From positions 4,528,001-4,592,000 of the forward strand of contig NW_024704743.1 in assembly GCF_018977255.1 (NCBI RefSeq): 64,000 bases of DNA, read 5' to 3'. The DNA is from Callorhinchus milii (taxonomy: Eukaryota). A program made the translations under genes and the position numbers. This document shows, piece by piece, positions 25,526-38,169 of this stretch. The notes beneath the pieces are model-generated. The model had not been told where the DNA came from. It was given only the letters and a program-made list of their open reading frames with translations, and did no database searches. Position 1 is the stretch's first letter. Every line of letters begins with the position of its first letter.

Positions 25526-26231
25526 GAAGCGCAGCGACTGCGCGCTGGGCGGGCAAACCGCCGGCCTGCGAGAACCAAACACCGACGTCCACCGGAGCGG
25601 GTCTGCTTTGGCGTTCGACCGACCTGATTGGGCGATCCTGCTGGGCGTCAGTCCAGAAGTCTTGTCGGCGTTGCCACAACTCGTAAGCTGTGGTCCAAAT
25701 AACTGCCCGCAAGGCGCCAGATTCCCGCATGGCTCCTTCCTCGATTTAACGTCTCACCCCCATCCCCCCCACTCCCCCTCCCCCAAACAAAGTGACCGCC
25801 TCAACTCGTGGAAGCACTGAGCCGAGGTCTGAGACTTGAGTGTGAGCAGGGAAGCGGCGAGAGAGAGAGAGAGAGAGAGAGAGCTGGTGTGGCGGCTACA
25901 CAAAGATTTCTGGTCTGCGAGTCTGAAGCGCCCCACCATTCAGATTTCTGTTGTGCGCAAGTGTGGGCGTTCTGAATCACCCCCCACTCTCCCCCCCTCC
26001 CCCTCATCAGAGTCATCAAATTTTCATTACATCTTAATATCTGAAAGAAAAAGATCCGATTTTAATGGATTCCAAAGCTTTTAATGTCTGCTCTTTATGT
26101 AGAGCAGTTATCCTGTCACATTGATGTACGGTTACAGCACTGAACAGTAATAATAATCATCCTTGCATCTGATGCAGCGCCTTATCACGACATCTCAAAG
26201 CACTTCACCGGAGCTTGGTTTCTTGTGACTA

Positions 26232-26582
26232 ACGTCAGCAAAAGGATATTTGTGGAGTCCTGTAGCTCAGTGGTGGTTGGAGCACTCGCCTCGCAAGCGA
26301 GAGACCCGGGTTCGATTCCCGAGCAGGGGCCGAAACCTTGGGCAAGTTTCCTTACTCCGCACGCCTGATAATAGTCCCTCAAGACAAAAAAACAATAATA
26401 AAGTTGATCGCTTCAATCCACGACTGTTTATGGAACGCTGCTGTGCGCAATTGGCTGCCGCGTTTCGCCCACAAATATACAGGCAATTCACTGTACAGCG
26501 TATTCTGTGGAGCGCTTTGAGACGTCGAGAAGACGTAAAAAGCGCTATATCAAATGCAAGGATTATTATTATATTATTATTT
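26232..26582 (+). mobile_element. Full-length tRNA-Ala SINE, short subfamily
   Basis: gtggagtcctgtagctcagtgg head through aaatgcaaggattattatt tail. Confidence 0.92.
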
Positions 26583-27209
26583 ACAAGGGCTCAGCGAGCA
26601 CGGCACAGAGCCACGATTACCGTCTACAATAACTGCGACTGCAGAACAATGATCGCAGGTCCTCATTTGTTTCCATGCTTGAATTTGGGAGGTAAATGAG
26701 CAATTGTGAACCATGTACATTTATTAATATAACATAACGATTCTGGCATTTGATGTATCGCTTGATCATGTCAGTGTCTCAAAAGGGCTTCACAGTATAA
26801 TAATAATTATGGCTGTGTATTTGTAACCAGCCAGTTTGCACCCAGCAGTGACCCCACAAACAGGCCAGAGGCGAATAATTTAACTTAGAGGATCGTTGGC
26901 CAGGATGGGATCTTTAATGTCCACGTTTGAACAGGCAGAAGTTGGGGGGAATTTGGTTTAAGGTAGTTTCTCTTGTTGTCCTGGCCAACAAACCCCCCCC
27001 CGGGTAAAATTGGTCGTTCAGTGTTTGTGGTACGTTTCTGTGTCCAAATTGGCTGCTGCATTGACTTACAAATATACAGTCACAACAATTTACCACACCT
27101 CCCTCGCCTGTGAAGTGCTTTGAGACGTCTCAACAACGTGATAAGGTGCCTTATAATAATATACAGAATAATAACAATAATAATCCCTGCATTTGATATA
27201 GCGCCTTAT

Positions 27210-27380
27210 CAAGTCTTCGACTGCGCCTTTGGCCACCCTCCTACCACCCCCCACTGCCCTCCACCCTCCCTGATCCAACCCCCCCCCCACCCCGGGTCCA
27301 ATTCCCTGACTGTCCAGCGCCTTGGGATGTCCTAATGACATGAAAGGCACTACACAAATGCAGTTTTGAATTGTATTTGT
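27210..27380 (+). mobile_element. L2 3' terminus
   Basis: cttcgactgcgcctttggccacc...cagcgccttgggatgtcc...tgaaaggcact. Confidence 0.75.
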
Positions 27381-27406
27381 ATTCCCTCATTTCTTCCCGG
27401 TGGTTT

Positions 27407-27660
27407 ACGGAATCCAGTAGCGTATTGGTCAGAGCCCTCGCCTCGCAAGCAAGGGGACCTGGGTTCAATTTCCGGGCAGGGTGAGATGTTAGGCAAGTTT
27501 CCTTATTCTGTTTACCTCGCAGTAAGTAGGAACCCGCTTGTTAGTCGATAGGCAGATCGCTTTCTGCGGGTAATAATCCCTTTTTTTTAATATAAATGTA
27601 GTCACTCAATCCGCGACTGTTTGTGAGATACTGCTGTGCGCAATTGGCTGCCGAGTTTGA
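27407..27660 (+). mobile_element. tRNA-SINE long subfamily, 3' truncated
   Basis: Head plus gtaagtaggaaccc...gttagtcga body. Confidence 0.85.
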
Positions 27661-28188
27661 AGGTTTGGCTGTGTTGGAACAACAGACCTTTGAAGCTTAA
27701 AATACCGTTTGATTACATTTCTAATGAAAGTACAGCACGCTCTTTGCAGTGCTTGTGGTGTTGTTCGGGTAGTGGCTTATTCTTACAGTGTTAAGTTTCT
27801 TTCTTTTAAAACGTTATACCTAATTGAGATCCATATGATCCATACTGAAAGGACGTCTCTATATAAATCGTTGTGGATAAGATTTACCGTACAGTAAGAT
27901 TTTTATTCCTGTCCACAATCACAGGTAGCTCACCTAGGGTTTTGGGAGACTGAGGTGATAAGCATTGTAGCTGTGCCCAGTGAGTTGCTTTGCATCACTT
28001 TCTTTTTTTTTCGGGGTGGGGGGGGGTGGGGGGTGGAAGGGGAATTAACCAACAAAAACAACAACAACAAAAACAACAGAAAATTGGAATTCTAACGACT
28101 TTTATTCATGTGTGATTGAATTCATTTTACTATTAAAAAAAAGAAAGTGGAAGAAATGGTATGCAACAGAACTTTATGTCTACTGCAG

Positions 28189-28332
28189 GAAGTGATGCAA
28201 AGGAACTTCCTAGGCACGGCTGTGAAGAAGAAAGGCAAAATGGCATCGCCCTTGTATCCAAACATCAGAGCGAATTGCGTGCCATTACTGACAGCAGCTT
28301 TGTTCAGCTCGACACAAAATCTAGCTATAATG
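28189..28332 (+). other. Candidate 144-nt frame-preserving exon
   Basis: Acceptor tttatgtctactgcag, donor ATG|gtaagt; two frames open (EVMQRNFLGTAVKKKGK... and SDAKELPRHGCEEERQNG...); purine-rich; protein not recognised. Confidence 0.4.
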
Positions 28333-28804
28333 GTAAGTAACCTTTCGGCTTGTCCACAATTACGAATTAGGATGAGTAGTCCTTTAGTATTGTAACAGTA
28401 CTTGTGTAGATGTGATCTTCATTTACCTTTTTTTAAATAAAAAAAATTATTCGTTGTGGTCGCTATATTGTATATACTACATTGAATGACGTCATCTCCA
28501 TCTTGATATTCGTCTCGTTGTTAGTTTCGGCATTAACATCCCGGGTTTCTGACCGCCATCCACCGCCCTCTTTCTCGCAAGAGTACAACTAACCCGTCTT
28601 CACGTGGCATGCTCTGATTGTGTGTATTGGTGTATGTGGATATAAGGTCACCCCCCCCCCCCCCCCCAGACAGCAATTTGTGCTCTTGCGAAAACGAGGA
28701 CAATTATGGACGGACCAAAGGCAGTTGGATCAACAATTGTGGCCTCTTAGTGGATTGTTACAGAGCTTTTCCCGATGGCCCTCAATTCTAACTCTCTTCT
28801 AAGT

Positions 28805-29165
28805 CTCTTTTAAGACTGAAATGTGTTCAAAATTCTGAGGGATTTTTGATGGGGTGGGTAAGGAGAAACTGTTTCCTCTGGCAAATGGGTCGGTAATCAC
28901 AGGATGCAGATTTAAGACAATTGTCAAAGGTGGGGAACAAGGAGAATATTTTTTTCTTTCCCCCCCAGAGAGTTGTTATGATCCCGATTGCGCTGCCTGA
29001 AAGGGTGGTGGAAGCGGACTCAATAGCCGCTCTCAAAAGAGAATTGGGTAGGCACTTGAAAAGAAAGAAATTGCAGAGCTGGCGGGGGGCTAAGAGCTGC
29101 AAAGGCAGAATGGGCCGAATGGCCTCCTTCTGCGCTGTAAGATCCTACGATCCCGTGCAATCTAC
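28805..29165 (+). mobile_element. CR1 3' end
   Basis: gagaaactgtttcctctgg; LPERVVEADSIAALKRELGRHL; tgggccgaatggcctccttctg. Confidence 0.85.
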
Positions 29166-29604
29166 AGTCTTGCGGAGACAAAACTGCAAACACTGTCAAA
29201 CAGGAGCGCTGTGAAATTCCTGCAAGCAGTCACCACGGGTGACACCCGGAAAGCGATCTGTTGGGTTGATCTTGAATGCTGCACTTTGTGCACCGACTGC
29301 AATCCTTCCAGATCGAGTTCCTGCATTTCTTTCAAAAGTGAAGCGTTTGGGATTCTTGTCACAAGGGATTGGGATTGCAGTCTCTCCCATCTATCCCCCC
29401 GCCCCCCCGCTGCCGCCCCCCACACACTTTCTGCTCTTGCAGGACCCTCCCAGTTCATCTGTGAGGGTGGAGTGGATGGAGCTTCGGATTATGGAGGACG
29501 GTTGTCAGTGCCACATTGTAAAAACCGTAAGGAGATGCAATTTAAGATGGGTGGATCCGACTGTCTAATCTAGACAGGGGTGAAATCCACAGACGCGAGC
29601 GCAG

Positions 29605-29830
29605 AACAACAACAACAACGACTTGCGTTTACGTAGCACGCTCCACGTGGGGCAGCGTCTCGGAGCGCTAAACAGTGGCCGAGCCGGGGAGAGGAGGTAA
29701 CCGTGAGCACGGCCGAAGAGGAGAGCCTTCAGTCGTGACCTAAGAGAGGGGAAGGAGAGGGCAGAGGGAGAGAGGGAGAGAGTTCCAAGGCTTCGTAGTG
29801 ACTGAAAGCGCGGCTGCCGATGGTGGAAAT
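29605..29830 (-). mobile_element. L2 3' fragment, second lineage
   Basis: (AAC)n tail and agcgtctcggagcgctaaacagtggc shared with 57912-58275. Confidence 0.7.
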
Positions 29831-30129
29831 GGAGGGGACAAGAGGAGTGAAGGTGAACAGGAGGTTCAGATTGAATCGCTTTACCTGGAGAGTTCAGTGG
29901 GTTACCCAGGCAGATTTGGTCAGCAAATTCATCAGAGAACAAATTGCTATTTGATGAAGGTATCAAAGATGGATTCGTTGTTGGACTGCAATGGTCTGCT
30001 CCGGTCCTCTGTGGTCCTATACAGTATCTAATTAATCGACCGAGAAGGGACAAAATGGGTCTGAAAATAGTACATTGTGCATTGTGGGGCAGCAGAGGAT
30101 TTGATTTGTGGGTCTCTTGCCAAGGGTAC

Positions 30130-30162
<33 letters not shown>

Positions 30163-30365
30163 CCCTGCATTTTAATCTAGCACCGTTCACGTCGGGAGGA
30201 CATCGCATAGAGTTTCACAGGATTTTCGCTTTATACTGTATGAAAAAGTCTAGTGATTGTGTATTTTGTAGGCGAACGCAGCAGCCAATTTGCACACAGT
30301 AGTGTCCCAGAGACAGCCACGAGGTGAATGATTGATTTTATCTGAGATTTTGTTGGTCAGGACAT
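30130..30365 (-). mobile_element. DeuSINE-like 3' part with (AAT)n tail
   Basis: cacgtcgggaggac...gcagccaatttgcacacag. Confidence 0.75.
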
Positions 30366-30899
30366 TGATTGACGAGGATGGTCATGTGGTAAAATTCAAA
30401 TACCTCTCTTTAATTTGTTTCTAAAAAAGGTAGATAAATATAGCTATGCTCACTTAATTCCAATCCAAGAAGCATTTCAAAAACAATTTTGCTGCTTAAA
30501 TGATGTGTGTTGTAAATCGAAATGATTCGATTACATTTATTTTGCGGATTTTGCTGATTTTCAAACAAATCGCTGGTCATTCATTAGGAAAGCCATTTTC
30601 ATATGGGGGACTCATATTTGGTAGAAAAATTCGTAACCCAGATCAATAGAGCTCAATATTCTGTTCCAGAATCCTTTGGAAAGCTCACCAGAATTTGCTC
30701 CCAACTCAGACCTCAATGATTCGGATTCCCTGGACCTTTGACAGTAGTCTGAAACGTGTGAACGCATTTATTTTTGTCACACCTGTAAATCAGACGTAAT
30801 AATAATCCTTGTATAAAATATAGCGCCTTATCATGCTGTTGAAACGTCTCAAAGCCCCTCGCAGGATTTTACTGTAGAGTTTAGCATGGCATTGCACAT

Positions 30900-31219
30900 T
30901 GGAGTCCTATGGTTATAGCGTTCGCCTCGCAAGCGAGAGACCTGGGTTCGATTCCCGGCAGGTCGAAACCACGGGCAAGTTTCCTTACTCCGTACGCCTG
31001 ATAATAATCCCTCAAGAAAAAAAAACAATAAGAAAATTGGTCGCTTCGATCCACAACTGTTTGCGGGGCCGCTGCTGTGCGCAATTGGCTGCCACGTTTC
31101 GCCCACAAATATACAGTCAGTTCACTTTACAGTAGATTGTGTGAAGCGCTTTGAGACGTCTCGAAGACGTGAAAAGTGCTACATCAAATGCAAGGATTAT
31201 TATATTTTATTATTATTAT
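30900..31219 (+). mobile_element. Full-length tRNA-Ala SINE, short subfamily
   Basis: Head, acgcctgataataatccctcaag junction, tail. Confidence 0.9.
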
Positions 31220-32214
31220 AGTGACTGTATTATTAGCTGAATGGGGTGGCAACGAATTTTATCTGGGGGATTGTTGGCCAGGACACCAGGAGGAACTCCC
31301 TTCCTTCTTTGACGAGAGCCACGGGATCTTTAAATGTTGCTCTCCAGTGAAACGTCAATACATAAAACTAGGAATATATATACATTTTTGTTTTGAACGT
31401 GAGGAATGCCAGGCGTTTCTCGTACTATTTTCTAGGAAAAAGAATACCGTGTGGGACAGTGAGTTGAGTAGTGTGGGACTACTGGGTTCTATTTTCCACG
31501 TTGGCGGGGTGTGGATTTCTCCTTACAATTCCCCACGATGCAAGTTCTTGACTTTATTCGAGCCAAAACGAGGAAATGTTCCGACGCTGTCAGTGTAAGG
31601 GATGGACAACTTGAAAAATAAGTGACCTAGCAATGTCTCTGCCGAAGAATAGGGACTTAAAATAGGGCGAGGAGAAGTGGATCCTTCATTTCAAAAAGCT
31701 TGTTCATCTACTTATTGCAACACTGTGCCACTTGTCTCCTCTTTCACTTGTGACTAGACACCGGAGGTTGCATTATAGACGCTTTCCCTCCCTGCAAGGT
31801 AAGTGCTGGTCCATGCCATCATCAGGCCTCAGCAACCTTTTCTAATTAAAATACCTCTAATGCCGACGTCGATTCTAATGTTTCTGACTGAACGCGACAT
31901 TTCTTACTTATCTTGGCTCTTGCCAGCCTGCGCCTGATACTCTCTGGAATTAGGTAAGCAGGATGCATCCCTCCAGGGAGCGAGTGCTGTATCAGACCAC
32001 CCCAGCTAACGGAAAAGAATATTTACGACTGCTTCCGTACGTTTCAACTATACATTGCTTATCGCCTGATTTGAAACCGGAGAGGTTTAGCTAACATCGT
32101 AACGCCAAATGATCTGGAAGTCTTATGCTCAGAAGGTCACGATGAGCAGCTCGGTTTTTGTGTGTCAATTTGCTTCCGGTCTATATAAAAAAAATTGCCG
32201 TTTCAATCGCATTG

Positions 32215-32600
32215 TGTTTGTGTAGTGCCTTTGCATGTCGAGAGGACATCTTTTAACAGCTGGTTTGGCACTCCAGCCGGAAAGGGGAGTGGGTTGGTGA
32301 ACCCTAAAGCGGTGGGTCAATGAGCAAAAGCATGGTCAAAGAGGTAAGTCGTGAGGTGTGCTTTGAAAGCAACGAGGGAAGGTAGGAGTCAGAGAGACTT
32401 TGGGATGGAGTTCGAGAGGACAGGTGCAGACATGGCTGACAGCTTACCCGCCCGTACCCTGGGGCAGATAGTCTGCACGTAAAGGCAGATTGATGTTTCC
32501 TGATCGAATGGGTCGATAGGATTGCAGGAGGTCGCAAAGGTAGGATTGGAGGGGAGAGGCCATGAAGGGCTTCGAAAGCGAGGAGGAACTTTGAGTCTAA
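32215..32600 (-). mobile_element. Degenerate L2 3' fragment
   Basis: L2 tail, gggatggagttc, gagaggccatgaagggcttcgaaagcgaggagga. Confidence 0.6.
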
Positions 32601-32639
32601 ACGTTTAACAGAGAATTATACACCGAGTTGGTCGTCAAC

Positions 32640-33470
32640 TCCAGGTAATGACAGATTATCTCTTTACATGCTCGTTCAGCTTGTACGTATCAGGCACACG
32701 GTTTCACTAGCAGGGTTCAGACAGGCAAAACCGCCTTGTAACTGGCGAGTCAGAGATGAGCGAAGATGATCATGTTCGACCCCATCCAGAGCCAGCGTCT
32801 CTCCCTACGCGCGAGTGCAGAGGAACCCCGTCAGAACTCGCTGTAAGGCTGCACGCATCGCGCCTCAGAATGAGCCATGACACTTCAGGGATCGTTACAA
32901 TGCTCCCCTCGACGCCCTTCAGGAGGAGGACGCGGTTTCAACCGCAGCGCAGCTGTCTCGAGCGCGATGCGCGCCAGTGGATCAGGCTGCCCTCGTGCTA
33001 TAAGGGCTCGTTGGGGTTAAGGCTCGGGATTTTATTCGCTCCCAACCACTGCAATGTAGTGAGGTTCGACTGTCAGAAAATCTCTCCCGAAGGCCAGATC
33101 GAGATCGAGATTCTTTTTTTTTCCCCGTTGGTAATCACAGGGAGCGAACCTGTCTGGCTGAGCTTCATATGTCACCCAGCCTCGTCCATTTTGCTTCTTA
33201 GCTAAAAGTGAGATCCGCGCTGGTGAAGAAATTCTAGAATAAAAATAAAAATAAGAAATTCAACGAGTAAAATCTGCATTAACCCGCTCGGAAGTTATTT
33301 TTTCCCCCACCACCACCTCTCTGGGAGTTCTCACTGAGCGTAGGAAGCTACGCGAAAGCAAACTGCTGTTTGTTGATGGTGTTGTTGAGTCGTGTTTAAA
33401 GAATAGAAGCGCAGAGGTTCAATATTGAGGTTATTCCAGAAGGTCGACAGTTGGGAAATTCCACATCATT
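32640..33470. promoter_or_regulatory. CpG-rich unique segment (possible promoter or enhancer) with an NF-kB-type site
   Basis: Dense CG/CGCG in non-repeat DNA; GGGAAATTCC at 33453-33462. Confidence 0.3.
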
Positions 33471-33584
33471 TTCACAATGATTGAACCTTTTCAAAGAAGA
33501 GAAACTCAGCTTTCGAAATTCATCAGGAACCTGACAGAGGTGATAGTTTTCGAAACAATTTTTTGTAAAGGGACGCTGTGATAA

Positions 33585-33740
33585 GATTTTTTTTTAAAAA
33601 AGATTGATTTTTTTCCAGAAGAAATTGATTTTTTTCCAAAAGAAATGGATTTTTTTTAAAAAAAAAAAGACAGGTTCTTTTTAAAGATAGTTTTTTTTTA
33701 AAAGAAAAAGGTATTCTTTTTAAAAGTTTTTTTTTGTGGT
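33585..33740. repeat. Degenerate A/T-tract tandem repeat of about 20 bp
   Basis: aga(aa)ttgatttttttcca.aa units. Confidence 0.7.
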
Positions 33741-34187
33741 TCGGGACAAGTGCGACAGTCGAACGAAGCAGCAAAGATATCTTTAAGCCTATTGCAACTT
33801 GCTAATATTTTATGAGCTTTGGCTGAAGTTTTATGGCTGAACTTGAATGTTGGTGTCAGGTCTATGTGTTCAGATGCTCTACTATCTAACCACTATGTCT
33901 GTTGAATCCGGAAAAAAAGTACAGTACTGTAACAAGCAGTGGTATTGTATTTAACGTGAGCTGGGTTTCATGATGCAAAGAACTTTACAGCAAACGACAC
34001 GGCTATAGGTATTTATATGGCGTGAATTGTATGACTTAAAACCTGTTGCAGCTGAAGTTTTTCAATTCAGTCACTGAAATAGAAATATTGCCACCATTAT
34101 CATAATAATCCTTCCATTTTGTATACTACCATGTAACAAAACACTGATGGTTGCTAAAGCCCACATAATCCTAACACTGAATTGTTA

Positions 34188-34494
34188 ATATAATAATAAT
34201 AATAATAATCCTTGCATTTGATCGAGAGCTTTTCACGTCTTCTCGACGTCTCAAAGCGCTTTACAGAATAGACTGTAAAGTGAATTGACTGTGTATTTGT
34301 GGGCGAAACAATTGCGCACAGCAGCGTCCCACAAACGGTCGTGGATTGAAGTGAGCCATATATTATCTTTTTTTCTTGAGGGATTATTATCAGGCGTAAG
34401 GAAACTTGTCCAAGGTTTCGCCCCCTGCCAGGAATCGAACCCAGCTCTCTCGCTTGCGAGGCGAGTGCTCTAACCACCGAGCTCCAGGACTCCC
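34188..34494 (-). mobile_element. Full-length tRNA-SINE, short subfamily
   Basis: (AAT)n tail through ctctaaccaccgagctccaggactcc head. Confidence 0.9.
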
Positions 34495-35511
34495 TTAATA
34501 TGTTGACCAGTTCCATCTCATGGGTGTCCTGGCTGAACAATCCCCCAATAAAATGGGTCATTCGTTTCACGGCTGTTTGTGGGACATTGCTACGCACAAA
34601 TTGTCTGGCGTGTTCACCCACAAAAATAAACGCGGCCGTACCCTGTAAAGTGCTTTTGAGACGTCCTTCCGACCTGAAAGGTGCTATCACCAAATGTAAG
34701 AATTATTATCATCAAACTGTGCAGTCGTAGCCATAGAAAGGTTGCCGTTCCCATTAAGTGAGACTCAAGCCGTCTCTGTCTGTATCGTTGCGTTTTGCCC
34801 ACAAACTATACAGTTAATTCACTCGACAGTATATTCTGTGCGGTGCTTTGAGAAGTCTCGACGAGGTGATAAGATGCTGTATCAATTACAAGGATTATTA
34901 TTAGTAGTATTATTATTGTGTGTTTTGCAAATGATCAATCCACCCACCTTCCCCCGCTTTACCTAACTTCCGATCATACACAAAGACCTTCCTCTTCGAC
35001 AATGTCTGCAGTCCCCTTGTCTTTCTCCCGGCTCAGTGTCCAACTGTGTATTAAGGGCCCTGAGACATTACCTTGCATGTGCGCTGCCGCTGTTGCAAGG
35101 CCTTCTCTGAAAATAATTTCCATAAGTTCTTTCCATAAAGCCTTTGGCAGAATCATTTTTTCTCTCTTGTCTGTCTCTCGCTCTGTGGTTGAGAACATTG
35201 ACGACATCACGATTCACAAGATTACAAGAGAGGTTTGGATGAAGAATGATCTTTGGCCCATTTGATCTGACCCTTCCAGAATACCAGCCCTACTCTCATC
35301 CCATTACAACATCAGGCTGTTTCATAAATTAATCCAATATCAAGGCCACAGTCACTTTTGCTGGAAGGTTTAACAACAGAATAGACAGAGCTCCCCATTG
35401 GCACTGACTAACAATACAACCAATAATCTTTGCATTCAATGTTGTACCCTTTGTGTAGGAAGGACGTCTCGAAGCGCTTCACGTGATTTTTACTGTAAAG
35501 CAAACTGCTCC

Positions 35512-35856
35512 CTTTGGTTAGCGCACTCGCCTCGCAAGCGAGAGGAGCCGGGTTCGATTCCCGGGCAGGACGAAACCTTCGGAAAGGTTCCTTACTCCAC
35601 ACCCCTCTATTTACCTAGCAGTAAGTAGGAACCCAGTTGTTAGTGGATTGGCGGATCGCTTTGTTGGGGTTAGTAATCCCTTCAAAAAAAATTAAAAAGT
35701 AATAATTTGGTCACTCGAATCCACGACACTGCTGTGCGCAATTGGCTGTCGCGTTTCGCCCACAAAATATACAGTCAATTCACTTTACAGAATATTCTGT
35801 GAAGCGCTTTGAGACGTGATAAGGCGCTAGATCAAATGCAAGGATTATTATTATTA
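35512..35856 (+). mobile_element. tRNA-SINE, long subfamily
   Basis: Head, tttacctagcagtaagtaggaacc body, tail. Confidence 0.9.
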
Positions 35857-36229
35857 TAAAGTGTAGTGACTGCTTTCAGCGGACAGTAATTGTACGCCAT
35901 TGTACTTGCTGTTATGCACTGTACTGCCCGGGTTCCAGGATTACAACCAGCCTCAGTTGTGAGGAAAAATAGCAATCTGGCTTCCTGCTCCTGTGACCTC
36001 TGGTAGAATGCGTGTGGGACCATTAAAAATTGGTGACCGTTTACACTGAGGGTCAACATTGGTGCAGGTGACACTTTTAAGCGTTGCCACTAATAAGAAT
36101 GAACCATTGAATTGACTTCCCAGCATCTTGTGCTGAGCCACGGTTTAATTGACGTTTAAATTGAGGTCCTTACGTCAGCTGGTAAGTCGTCTGACGAAGC
36201 CAGAACCTCGATTATTTCAGAGACCTCCT

Positions 36230-36480
36230 TGTCGAACTCCCCCCAGCTCCTCCGTGCACCATCCAGAGCTCCGCAGCCCGTGTCCCACACCCCCGCACCC
36301 CTCATCGCCAGGCTCTACGAGCCTATTACCCCGATCCGCTTTCAGTGTCACTGGCTACCCCTCTCCCAGCAGATTGAATCAAAGGTCCTCATCTTGACTT
36401 TCAAAACTCTCTGTGGTCCCGTCCCACCCTTCTTCTGCCACCTCCTGCGAGCCTTCTACCCCAGCCATTCCCTCCTCTTA
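36230..36480 (+). mobile_element. L2 ORF2 C-terminal fragment
   Basis: HWLPLSQQIESKVLILTFKTL translation. Confidence 0.8.
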
Positions 36481-36659
36481 GAAAACACTCTGTCGGAAGA
36501 ATCCTTGCCCCCAGTGACCGTTCTGCCCCCTCCCAAGTCCTGCCGACAGCCAGGCTGGTTGACCTCTCATGGGGAGGCATCAGCCTGGACTGTGTGTGTT
36601 CAATGTTCCAGTGGGCTGCTTGAACCCACAACCTTCTGATTCAGGGGCGAGAGTACAAA

Positions 36660-36955
36660 TAAGAAGAATCCTTGTATTTGTTATATCAGCTTATCACGTC
36701 GTTGAGACGTCTCAAAGCGCTTCACAAGATATATTGTAAAGTGGATTAACTACGGGTGAAAACCGGCAGCCAGTTGCGCACAGCAGTGTCCCATAAACAG
36801 TCGTGGATTGAGTGACTATTTTTTTCTGGTGAAGGGATTATTACCTGCTGCAAAGCGATCCACAGATCGACTAATAAAACGTGTTCCTACTTACTGCTCA
36901 GTAAACAGAGGCGGGCGGAGGAAGGAAACTTGCCTAAGGCTTTGCCCTGCCCCTG
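36660..36955 (-). mobile_element. tRNA-SINE long subfamily, head lost
   Basis: Tail and ttcctacttactgct...gtaaacagaggc body. Confidence 0.85.
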
Positions 36956-36986
36956 AACCGGACCCAGTTCTATTAAATGGCGGGTT

Positions 36987-37315
36987 GTGGAGTCCTGTAG
37001 CTCAGTGGTTAGAGCACTCGCCTTGCAAGCGAGACACCTGGGTTCAATTCCCGGCAGGGCGAAACCTTGGGCAAGTTTCCTTACTCCACACGCCCAATAA
37101 TAATTCCTCCAAAAAACAAAACAATAATAAATTGGTCACTTCAATCCACGACTGTCTGCGGGGACGCCGCTGTGCACAATTGGCTGCCGCGTTTCGCCCA
37201 CAAATATACACTCAATTCACTTTACAGTATATTCTGCGAAGCGCTTTGGGACATCGAGAAGATGTGAAAAGCTCTATATCAAATGCAAGGATTATTATAT
37301 ATTATTATTATTATA
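36987..37315 (+). mobile_element. Full-length tRNA-Ala SINE, short subfamily
   Basis: Cloverleaf-forming head at 36991-37062 with TGC at the anticodon position; body; tail. Confidence 0.92.
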
Positions 37316-37324
37316 GTGACTGTA

Positions 37325-37650
37325 ATACCTGCCCGCTCCCTCCGTTCAGTTGGCTTCGGTTCTGCTCCATGTCTCCCGCCCGATCCGCCCACAGCCTCTC
37401 TGCCCCCACACTCTGGAACTCCATCCCACGGTGCCTTCGCCTCGCTTCCTCCCTCGCCTCCTTCGAGGCCGGTCTCAAGACCCTTCTCTTCGACCGTGCC
37501 TTCGGTCACCCTCCCACCTCTCTGCCTTCCCTCACCCCCTACACCACCTCCCATCCCTCATGCTCGGGCCCCGACACCTGACTGTTCAGCGCTTTGAGAC
37601 GTCCTCCCGACGTGAAAGGCGCTCTATAAATGTAATGTTGTTGTCGTTGT
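37325..37650 (+). mobile_element. L2 3' end
   Basis: SLSAPTLWNSIPRCLRLASSLASFEAGLKTLLFDRAFG; gacgtcctcccgacgtgaaaggcgct; (TTG)n. Confidence 0.9.
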
Positions 37651-38169
37651 AAGGTGCTTCGGCAATGCCAGGGTGGAAACCCGTTTCGGTATCCATTCTG
37701 AAGCTACTTTGGCCGGCGAGCAGCACAGGTTCAGCCGTTTCCCTGTTACTTGCCCGAGCGTGAAGCAATCCATTACATGTCTCGCAGAGTCATCTCACAA
37801 AGCTTGGCTCGTCCCAGGAGTCCACCGTTATGCGTTGGAGCAACTGGAGCGTGCAGTGAGGGCGAGGTTGCTTTTTGCTGTGTGCTGCACTGGAGAAACC
37901 TTACCCGAGCGTGTTTCTTTCCGCTGTGTTTTTTTTCTCGCCCTCCCAAAGTCCGTCCGCGCCCCCAACTTTTCTCCCCAGCTCTTCTTTGTAGATGCTG
38001 ACTCGTCGGTGCCCTGTTTATAGTCTTTTAAACGCTCTGAGACACTGCCCCGCGTGAAGGCACTATATATATGCCACTTGCTGTTGGTGGTGGAAGCTGT
38101 CTTGAGCGTCCCAGCAAGGCCAGTGAAAGGAAGAGGAGAGAGCACTGGTAGTCCTGGTTTTGTCCTTAT

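Noticed and set aside
36991..37062. Genuine tRNA-Ala genes (also at 14054, 26232, 55897, 62645)
   Set aside because: Each head runs into a SINE body and L2 tail; the 1:72 pair is mismatched, G3:U70 is absent and there is no adjacent poly-T terminator
36808..37581. 257-aa ORF
   Set aside because: Chance read-through of two SINEs and an L2 fragment
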